Positions 57,025-64,000 of a stretch of DNA of 64,000 bases are shown here, one piece after another. The position numbers and the translations under genes are program-made. The notes under the pieces were generated by a model. It was not told the origin of the DNA. It did no database searches and saw only the letters and a program-made list of their open reading frames with translations. The DNA is from Candidatus Woesearchaeota archaeon (GTDB lineage Archaea > Nanobdellota > Nanobdellia > Woesearchaeales > JACPJR01): assembly GCA_016187565.1 (NCBI GenBank), contig JACPJR010000031.1, positions 9,796 through 73,795 on the forward strand. Direction: 5' to 3'. Every line of letters begins with the position of its first letter. Within the stretch, counting starts at the first letter, position 1.

Positions 57025-57980
57025 ATGCACGCTTCAAATTTTCCTAAATTTCCTAAAATCTCAGTAATTGTTATTAATTATAATGGTATTGGTTTTCTTA
57101 AAGACTGTTTTGAATCATTAGAATCAGTTGATTATCCAGACTATGAGGTTTTTTTAATGGATAATGCCTCAACTGATGACTCTGTTACTTATGCTCAGAA
57201 AACATTTCCTTGGGTAAAAATCCTTGCGTTTGACAAGAACTATGCCTTTGCTGAGGGATATAACCGTGCAGTTAATTCTATCACTAGTGAATACCTTTAT
57301 TTTCTGAACAATGATACAAAGGTTGACAAGAATTTTTTGAAAGAGGCAATAAAGCCCATGCTTGAAGATAGTACTATTGCTGTGTGTGGGAGTAAAATGT
57401 ATTTTTATGATAAACCGGCTCATCTCAATTATGCTGGTGGTAAAATAACTCAGGTCTTGCCTGTGGCGGAGCAATGCTTGTGAAAAGATATCTTTTTCTT
57501 GATATTGGAGGATTTGATCCCTCGTACGTTATCTATTTTGAGGATGTTGATCTTGCCTGGCGTGCATGGCTCTATGGGTATAAGGTGGTTTATGTGCCCA
57601 TGTCTGTTGTGTATCATAAGTATGGAGGATATTTTGGGGGTTTTAATAAATCCAGCAGAAGTGTTTACCTCGGCCAAATCAATCGTTTAAGTAATCTTTG
57701 GAAGAATGCAGAACCGTTTACTGTTTTTAAAGGAAGCCTTCTTTCATTACTGTATGACCTCGTGAAAAGTGCTTATTTTTTACGCTACCTCCGATTTTCT
57801 CGATGGCTTGCTTTGCATAAAGGAAACATCGCATTTCTTATGAAACTACCAAGAGTATTGCAACAACGAAAGACCGTACAACAGCGACGGAAATATTCAG
57901 ATAAATGGTTGATGCAGAACAACATCATTGCAAGCCTCAATGAGAGTATTGCGGTCTTTTTTCGACTTTTGAAGATATAA
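57025..57980 (+). pseudogene. GT2 glycosyltransferase interrupted by a frameshift near 57440-57476 (pseudogene or homopolymer sequencing error)
   Basis: ORF 57025..57483 carries the GT2 N-terminus (KISVIVINYNG...LMDNASTDDS). ORF 57474..57980, in another frame, carries the C-terminal GT2 block. Extending the second frame back gives ...SGLACGGAMLVKRYLFLDIGGFDPSYVIYFEDVDL. The junction lies in the aaaataact run. Confidence 0.6.
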
Positions 57981-58055
57981 GTTGTTTAACAATATCCCCA
58001 ACAGAATAATTTAATATACTATGCACGTTTACCCGCTTTCTATAATCTGTTTTTA

Positions 58056-59042
58056 ATGATCATGACATCAACAATACGAACAACATACCGATGGATATTC
58101 TATTTGATCGGCTTTATTCTTTTATTTTTTATTATAACACAAGTTGATCTCCAAGAGGTTCTCGCTATTTTTGCCCAAGCAAAACTTCATCTTATTGCGC
58201 TAGGACTGTTGGTTTCCTTGGTTCTGGTTGTTTTCCGTGCCTTAAAATGGCATTGGGTTCTTTCTATCTATGGTATTTCACTGCCTTTTCGAAAGACCTT
58301 TACTTATTACATTATGGGAGCTTCGCTTGGTATGATCTCACCAGCAAAACTTGGAGAATTCACCAAGATGATCCCACTCAGAAAATACGCCTTATTTCCT
58401 GTGTTCATGAGCATTTTTCTTGATCGACTATCTGATTTCTTGATTCTGTTAAGCATTGGTCTTCCTGGACTTTTTTTTGTGTATGATGTCATACCTGAGC
58501 AAGCACTTTTCATTGCTATAGTTCTGCTGATGGTTGTTCTGTTTGGGATTCTTCTTTTGTTTCAAAATATCCCACTATTCCTTTTTAAGCTCGCTCAAAA
58601 AATATATCATAAAAAATTATCTACATCTTCATCTGTTCAGTCACCTAGCTTCAATGCTTCTCTAGAGAAAAAAGCACATCTTTCATTGAGAAACATCTTT
58701 TCGTTGATGCTTTTTTCTCTGTTTTGTTGGAGTCTTTCTTTTCTTGCTACAGTCTTTTTGGCACGGTCACTAGAAATAAACCTTCCTGTTCTTATTATTC
58801 TCGTTGTCACTGCTGCTTATACGATTGTTGATTTATTACCCATTAGCATTCTCGGTATTGGAACCAGAGATTCTCTTGTTATTCTTCTTTTTGGTATGTA
58901 TGGAATCTCTTGGGAGCTTGCGCTTGCATACTCAACCCTTATTTTAGCAAGTACGATTTTTGTTGTCATTGTTCCTTATAGTCTCCTCTTCTTTTTTTCC
59001 TTTTTTGCTAAAAAACACATTTCCCATGGTGATCTCGAATGA
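58056..59042 (+). CDS. LPG-synthase-TM/UPF0104 family membrane protein (flippase-like)
   Basis: 8 TM helices with a C-terminal ...ISILGIGTRDSLVILLFGMYGIS... block typical of this family. The family often accompanies GT2 enzymes. Confidence 0.45.
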   Translation: MIMTSTIRTTYRWIFYLIGFILLFFIITQVDLQEVLAIFAQAKLHLIALGLLVSLVLVVFRALKWHWVLSIYGISLPFRKTFTYYIMGASLGMISPAKLGEFTKMIPLRKYALFPVFMSIFLDRLSDFLILLSIGLPGLFFVYDVIPEQALFIAIVLLMVVLFGILLLFQNIPLFLFKLAQKIYHKKLSTSSSVQSPSFNASLEKKAHLSLRNIFSLMLFSLFCWSLSFLATVFLARSLEINLPVLIILVVTAAYTIVDLLPISILGIGTRDSLVILLFGMYGISWELALAYSTLILASTIFVVIVPYSLLFFFSFFAKKHISHGDLE

Positions 59043-61012
59043 ATTTCAAAACAAATCAAGGACTTTCTCTTCGTAACATCATCTTTACTCTTGTTATTCC
59101 ACTTTTCTTTTATTTTTTCTCTCTTTTTTCTGCTTTTCTTGCATTTCCACTTCCAGCAAAAATGTTCCTCTCCTTTTACGTGTTTATTCTCTTTCCAGGA
59201 CACCTTCTGTCTTTACTTCTTTTTCACACCATGAGAAGAACAGCACTTCTCCATCTGTTTTTTTCTTTTGCCTCAGGCCTTTTGTTTTTGAGTGTATTCT
59301 CACTGATAGGCTATGTATTTCAGACTTCTCTTACCTTTATTTTTTTTCTTGTTATCGCTCTTACTTTTATTCTCACTCTTTTGATTGTTTTGCTCCCTTA
59401 TATATCTTCGCTTCGATTTTCTCTTCCCACTTTCTCTGAAACTTCTTCTTCTATTTTTCCTGTGCTTATTATCCTTTTTTTAATGCTCTTCATTTCATTT
59501 GTTGGCTACACGCATCCTGCTCCTGATACAGGTGATATTTGGTATAATATGGCTGTGAACCGAGAGATGGTTATCCTTGATGCTATTTCTCCTTTTATCC
59601 CCATTCTTAATATTCCTGAAATAGACCCCGCCTACGGTCTTAACACTTGGTATGTTATGACTTCCCTTATGGTTAAACTATCTGGCGTTGATCCAGTATT
59701 CTTTAATACTCATCTTTCTTTCCTTGTACTTCCTTTTTTTCTTGTTGCCTTTTTTGCATTTGGTATGCGATTGTTTGAGAATAACCAGACAATGGGATAT
59801 CTTTCCGCTATCCTTGGGTTTCTCTTTCTTGTAATTCAGCCATTCCTTGACTACATTTATTATTCGGGCTTTCAGCGATATATCATGCTTTTTTTTATTA
59901 TGCCATTCCTATTCTACCTCACTTTTGAATATCTCTCCCGGCCGACTACTTCTCTGCGGTTTATAATTGCAATTACAGTTTCTCTTTTTTCATGGTTTCA
60001 CTCGATGGTACTCTTTCTTTTTTTTCTTGCGCTCGTATTTTTTGCTCTAGGAGTGATACTCTTTTCAAAGAGTTTTCATGATGTTTTTTCTTCTCAATCC
60101 CATTTTCACCGAATTGTTCTATTATTTTTCCTATCTTTTCTCTTGAGCACACCCACTATTCTTGTCAAATTTTTTAACTATGGCGCTGGAGGAATTCCTC
60201 CAACGTATCCTACTCAGCTATTTCTATCTAAAACTCTCTTTCTTATCAACCCAATTTCTTATCTAAAAATGCCCGTTATTCTCTCGCTGTTTGTTTGCGT
60301 TCCTCTTTTTTTCTTCAAACGAGAAAAAATCTGGTCAGTGTTTCTTGTATCTCTCTTTTTCTTTCCCCTTATTGTTCTATTTACTCCCCCATTAATAACG
60401 TTTCTCTCTACTATCCTTTCCATTCGCCTGCTTGTTAAAATGGACTATCTTATGCCACTTGTTTACCTCTTGGCATATGGATTATTCATCTTCCTTTCCT
60501 TTATTACTACCCATTCTTTTTTCAGTCAACGAAAAAAAACGATTGTATTTCTGATCGTTCCTTTAATTCTCTTTGGTGCTCTACTCCTTCTCGTTCCAGC
60601 CTCTGCAAATCTTACAAAGGGAAGCATTCAGGCATGGAAAACAAAGCAACCATTCTCCTTAAAACCTACTGAATTATTTATGCAAGAAACCCTTACACCA
60701 GGAAGTACGCTTACTTCGAGTGATGTCATTGCGAATCTTGCGATTAGTTCTCGAGTACCTGTCTTTGTACTTACTATTTATGGTGGACATCTTCCGTCAC
60801 TTAACCTTACGGAGCGTGTGCAAGCGATGAATATCATTTTCAATTCTTCCACAAGTATTAACGATACACTTATGTCTCTTCAAACCTATAACATTACCTA
60901 CATTTATGTGAATACAGAAAAAGATGATCCACAAAAATTCGTTGTATCGCCTCTCCATTTCAGGGAGGTCTACAGCAAAGATGGCAAGATGATTTTTCAG
61001 ATGAATCAATAA
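59039..61012 (+). CDS. Polytopic membrane protein, putative GT-C fold glycosyltransferase
   Basis: 657 aa with ~14 TM helices and a ~130-aa C-terminal soluble domain ending ...YIYVNTEKD...FREVYSKDGKMIFQMN, similar to the C-terminus of the PMT_2-like protein at 51112-53163. No WWDYG (AglB/STT3) motif is present. Confidence 0.4.
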   Translation: MNFKTNQGLSLRNIIFTLVIPLFFYFFSLFSAFLAFPLPAKMFLSFYVFILFPGHLLSLLLFHTMRRTALLHLFFSFASGLLFLSVFSLIGYVFQTSLTFIFFLVIALTFILTLLIVLLPYISSLRFSLPTFSETSSSIFPVLIILFLMLFISFVGYTHPAPDTGDIWYNMAVNREMVILDAISPFIPILNIPEIDPAYGLNTWYVMTSLMVKLSGVDPVFFNTHLSFLVLPFFLVAFFAFGMRLFENNQTMGYLSAILGFLFLVIQPFLDYIYYSGFQRYIMLFFIMPFLFYLTFEYLSRPTTSLRFIIAITVSLFSWFHSMVLFLFFLALVFFALGVILFSKSFHDVFSSQSHFHRIVLLFFLSFLLSTPTILVKFFNYGAGGIPPTYPTQLFLSKTLFLINPISYLKMPVILSLFVCVPLFFFKREKIWSVFLVSLFFFPLIVLFTPPLITFLSTILSIRLLVKMDYLMPLVYLLAYGLFIFLSFITTHSFFSQRKKTIVFLIVPLILFGALLLLVPASANLTKGSIQAWKTKQPFSLKPTELFMQETLTPGSTLTSSDVIANLAISSRVPVFVLTIYGGHLPSLNLTERVQAMNIIFNSSTSINDTLMSLQTYNITYIYVNTEKDDPQKFVVSPLHFREVYSKDGKMIFQMNQ

Positions 61013-61701
61013 GCTTTTTTCTGTAATAGTTTTTGTCTCGCGAATTTTAGAATTATCGTTGGTGATAGTAAAGAAATGCCGAAGAGAGGGTTTATTTTCA
61101 TCAGGAAAAGTCCTTGTTGAGAGAACAACCGCTTCATTTCTGTAATAGTATGCCCATACATCTTCACGTCTGGAATGAGGAGTCGGTGTTTAAAAACTTT
61201 AATTGGATAGTACGGGCAATGTTTGTTCTTTATTTCTATGATTATTTCTTTTTTTGTTCCAATACAAATATTAGTAATAACTTTCTTGAGTGCTGATGGG
61301 CTAATGTAGAGGAGAACCCCTAACATTACTGTAGTATCATACTTGTTCTGCAAAGGAAAATGAATGTCATGCACAGAGAAAGAGACATTCTCTGTTTTTG
61401 TTATTTTTTTTAGCTCTTGTGCACGTTGTATCATCCATATGGATGCATCAAGACCGTATACTCTGGTGTGAGGATGTGTTTGTGCCATCATTATGCTGAG
61501 ATCTCCACGCCCACAACCAATGTCCGCAATGGTACTGCTTTCCTTGCTGACCATGCTATTTATTCTTGTTTTCATTTTCTGTTGAAAATAGTAAGAAATA
61601 GACCCTGGCAAAGAGTGTAACCCTTTTTTTTTCTGAGCAATGTTATCGTATGCACTAATAATCTTGTGTCTTTGTTTTATTTCATTCATTTTATTTTCCA
61701 A
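61006..61701 (-). CDS. Class I SAM-dependent methyltransferase
   Basis: Motif I IADIGCGRGDLSIMMAQ and a motif II region VYGLDAS. Confidence 0.7.
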   Translation of the reverse strand: MENKMNEIKQRHKIISAYDNIAQKKKGLHSLPGSISYYFQQKMKTRINSMVSKESSTIADIGCGRGDLSIMMAQTHPHTRVYGLDASIWMIQRAQELKKITKTENVSFSVHDIHFPLQNKYDTTVMLGVLLYISPSALKKVITNICIGTKKEIIIEIKNKHCPYYPIKVFKHRLLIPDVKMYGHTITEMKRLFSQQGLFLMKINPLFGISLLSPTIILKFARQKLLQKKAY

Positions 61702-62770
61702 TGTGTTTTCTTAATGGTGGTCCAATAATGCGAAGGGCTTCGAGAGGGAATATTGATATAATCTTTTGTGCCACATAAAACTTCCTGTTTTCCGGGTCAA
61801 GGTTGAGATCTACTTTTTTGTATATCTTAAAGAGATAATCAACTTCTTTCTCCTCACCCCCCCATTTTTTCTTATAGATATAAACACCACTGTTCTTTCG
61901 GGTCCTGCACAAATCAAATGTTTCCATTCCTTTGTTTTTTGCATACGTAATCATTGCATCATGGATGCTATAGTGTGGACTTAATGAATTGTATTTTGGA
62001 TCTGAAACCCCATAGAGATAATAAACTGTTTTTTTCCAGCAGACAAAAACCAATGCACTAATCAATCGTTCATTATAATATGCCCCGAGTATATGGTAAT
62101 GTTCTCCAAGAATTTTTTTTTGCAAAGCAAAAAATTTTTTGGGATAGGGTGGGGAGCAAAAGCGTCTCATGGTCTGTAAATAAAGATTGTAAAATGTTTT
62201 CATCTCTTTCTCTTCTACCTCCTTCAGTAAGAGTCGACTAACATTTTTTTTCACTATGCGTTGTACTGACGGAGATCTTAAACTAATTTCTTTTTTTTCC
62301 TGAAGCGGGATAATAAACGTAACATAGGGAGCAGTATGTATGAAGTTATTGTGTTGAAGCACTCCTTTAGAAAGAGGATCATTCATTTGTTGCCCTCTTA
62401 TTTCTATAGCGGAACAATTATTTTTTTTTGCAGTGGAATCGAGTAATGAGAGTATCTGTGGCATGATTTTTTCTTTTTCCTCTTGGTTAAGCTGTGAAGC
62501 AAAACATATACCTCCATAATCAGAAAAAGGGAGTGAAATTATTCTATTCTTGAAGATAAACGATTTAACCAAAAACGCAGGAAATAGAGCGACGACTTTT
62601 CTTGTTTCTTTTTCTCTTGCCATTAGATATTCTGGAATATGCGCAAATGTTTTTTCTATTATTTCCTTCCACTCAAGGCTATGGAATACGGTCGCATGCT
62701 TTTGCTCAGCAACAAACTCTTGCCAATCATGTACATTGTTTGCATTCAGGCTTTCAATGATGAAAGGCAT
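61691..62770 (-). CDS. FemAB-like / GNAT-fold (Acetyltransf_6, BioF2-like) acyl- or aminoacyl-transferase
   Basis: 359 aa. The N-terminus (WQEFV...ATVFHSLEWKEII) and two GNAT-like halves are typical of FemAB/BioF2-like proteins found in exopolysaccharide loci. It overlaps both neighbours. Confidence 0.4.
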   Translation of the reverse strand: MPFIIESLNANNVHDWQEFVAEQKHATVFHSLEWKEIIEKTFAHIPEYLMAREKETRKVVALFPAFLVKSFIFKNRIISLPFSDYGGICFASQLNQEEKEKIMPQILSLLDSTAKKNNCSAIEIRGQQMNDPLSKGVLQHNNFIHTAPYVTFIIPLQEKKEISLRSPSVQRIVKKNVSRLLLKEVEEKEMKTFYNLYLQTMRRFCSPPYPKKFFALQKKILGEHYHILGAYYNERLISALVFVCWKKTVYYLYGVSDPKYNSLSPHYSIHDAMITYAKNKGMETFDLCRTRKNSGVYIYKKKWGGEEKEVDYLFKIYKKVDLNLDPENRKFYVAQKIISIFPLEALRIIGPPLRKHIGK

Positions 62771-62773
62771 TGT

Positions 62774-63643
62774 TTACTGCCTCCCCAGAAGAGAAAGCTG
62801 ATCAGCAATGAGGCCGAAGAAAAAGACAAGAAATGATACAATAAAGAGAAGAACTGTAGGATCTGAAAGATTGCTTAGCATAATATCATGAATTAGCCAG
62901 CTAAGGGCCACGACAAAAGTCAATATACTTACCGGAAGCAACACTTTCAAAGGGCTGAACAGCATGGTCATACGGAGTATAAGAACAAAAAATCTTACTG
63001 TGTCTTTGAGAGGGTGGATCGTACTTTTTCCTCTTTTTCTTTCTTTAATGTGAATAGGAATGTACTTTACTTGATATCCCTCTTTGAAACAGGCTAATGT
63101 TATTGTTGTTGTAAAGGAGAAGCTGTTTGGTAATATTCCTAGGAAACGTTCTGCAACACTCTTTCGAATGAGCCTAAATCCAGAATTGAGGTCAGGAATC
63201 TTTGTTTCAGCGATATAATTCGCGAACATCTCAATAGCCATCTTTGTTGGTTTTCTTACTAAAGAAGTAGTTTTTGTTCTTTTACCAACTATCATGTCAT
63301 ACTGTTCTTTTTCTCTCAGTAGTCGAGGGATATCTTCCGCGTAGTGTTGTCCGTCTGCATCCATGATCAGAAGATATTCACCTTTTGCTTGGCGAATACC
63401 TGTTTTTAAAGCAGCACCATATCCTCGGTTAAACTGATGAGAAATAAGTTTTACCTTTGGAAAACTTGCAACGACTTCTACGGTTTTATCTGAGGAACCA
63501 TCATTTATCACGAGGATTTCAAAAGCAATCTTAAGACTTTTCAGTATGCTGAGTGTTTCTTCTAAGACGCGGTGAATTGTATTTTCTTCGTTATATGCCG
63601 GAATGACAACACTTATCACAAAAACCCCCACCGAAAGAATCAC
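62774..63643 (-). CDS. GT2 polyprenyl-phosphate glycosyltransferase (DPM1/ArnC/GtrB-like) with C-terminal TM helices
   Basis: ISVVIPAYNEE, VINDGSSDKT, LIMDADGQH (DxD) and two C-terminal TM helices. Confidence 0.85.
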   Translation of the reverse strand: MILSVGVFVISVVIPAYNEENTIHRVLEETLSILKSLKIAFEILVINDGSSDKTVEVVASFPKVKLISHQFNRGYGAALKTGIRQAKGEYLLIMDADGQHYAEDIPRLLREKEQYDMIVGKRTKTTSLVRKPTKMAIEMFANYIAETKIPDLNSGFRLIRKSVAERFLGILPNSFSFTTTITLACFKEGYQVKYIPIHIKERKRGKSTIHPLKDTVRFFVLILRMTMLFSPLKVLLPVSILTFVVALSWLIHDIMLSNLSDPTVLLFIVSFLVFFFGLIADQLSLLGRQ

Positions 63644-63651
63644 CTTTCCAT

Positions 63652-63972
63652 TTAAAATGGTTTCGTTGTCTTTTTACTTTTCGCAATAATCCGTATGTTT
63701 GAGGAGAAATAGCTCATCAATGGAACTTTTCCAAGAATTTTCTCAAATCTGTACATTGCATGAACAACGGTGTTAATCCCAGGAATTTTGTCTGCATGTT
63801 TGATGCAAGGGATAACATCGCTGTGGAACAACTGTGAATAAAAGGCGTCTTTTTCAATGCTCTTAATAGAAAATCCGGTCTTTTTTAGCGCTTGGATAAG
63901 CTCTTTTGTTTGAAAACCCCGTTCTGTTTTCTCGTCAAATTTTGATGAAACTGTATAAATAAACGTTCTCAT
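63652..63972 (-). CDS. Hypothetical small protein
   Basis: A 106-aa ORF immediately upstream of, and co-directional with, the GT2 gene. No motif recognised. Confidence 0.3.
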   Translation of the reverse strand: MRTFIYTVSSKFDEKTERGFQTKELIQALKKTGFSIKSIEKDAFYSQLFHSDVIPCIKHADKIPGINTVVHAMYRFEKILGKVPLMSYFSSNIRIIAKSKKTTKPF

Positions 63973-64000
63973 GAATCGAATGATAAAAAAATCATCACAC

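Overview
This 64-kb window is AT-rich and reads as archaeal. The evidence is: Cbf5, an archaeal-type alanyl-tRNA synthetase, a ZPR1 zinc-finger protein, SepF, a RecJ/GAN-like DHH nuclease, BRE/TATA promoters of the form GAAACATTTATATA, an oligo-T terminator, and a tRNA-Met(CAT) with an A1:U72 pair typical of archaeal initiator tRNA. Several genes look bacterial, including a type-I GAPDH, which is compatible with an uncultivated, possibly DPANN-like archaeon. That lineage guess is only a guess.

The first ~20 kb is mostly housekeeping: an OPT-like transporter, a GT4 glycosyltransferase coupled to a dolichol-kinase-like gene, cbf5, alaS, an alpha/beta hydrolase, sepF, ZPR1, rpiB and the RecJ-like gene. 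It also carries four items worth a closer look: a convergent operon pairing a NodU/CmcH carbamoyltransferase with a radical-SAM-like protein, a TrmB regulator, an MNT nucleotidyltransferase whose HEPN partner appears truncated by the gapdh gene, and a compositionally odd 400-aa orphan ORF next to the tRNA.

From ~20.2 kb to the end of the window there is a ~43-kb cell-surface glycan biosynthesis island, mostly co-directional and heavily translationally coupled. It contains, in order:
- a UDP-GlcNAc(A) 4-epimerase and 6-dehydrogenase pair (WbpP/TviC-like and WbpA/TviB-like);
- rmlC-B-D-A for dTDP-rhamnose;
- a pseudaminic-acid-type CMP-nonulosonate pathway (pseB, pseC, pseI and a fused pseF-pseG) with no recognisable GNAT-type PseH;
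- two methyltransferases, one of them of the sugar C-methyltransferase architecture;
- alkaline-phosphatase-superfamily proteins;
- the sulfate-activation genes cysD and cysN, preceded by a 9-bp tandem repeat;
- a tailoring block of fused transketolase, FabG-like SDR, ATP-grasp ligase, LmbE deacetylase and Fmt-like formyltransferase;
- a GH57-like protein, a Wzx flippase, a TagF/KpsS-like GT-B, a hexapeptide acetyltransferase and a Wzy/ligase-like protein;
- a divergent module resembling the mycobacterial decaprenyl-phospho-ribose/arabinose route (UbiA DPPR-synthase-like prenyl-phosphate phosphoribosyltransferase, PAP2 phosphatase, NAD epimerase and a GT-C/PMT-like transferase);
- further GT2s (one frameshifted), a flippase-like protein, a second GT-C-like protein, a FemAB-like protein and a DPM1-like GT2.

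No CRISPR array, transposase or integrase was seen. Every call rests on reading motifs in the supplied translations. No database search was run.
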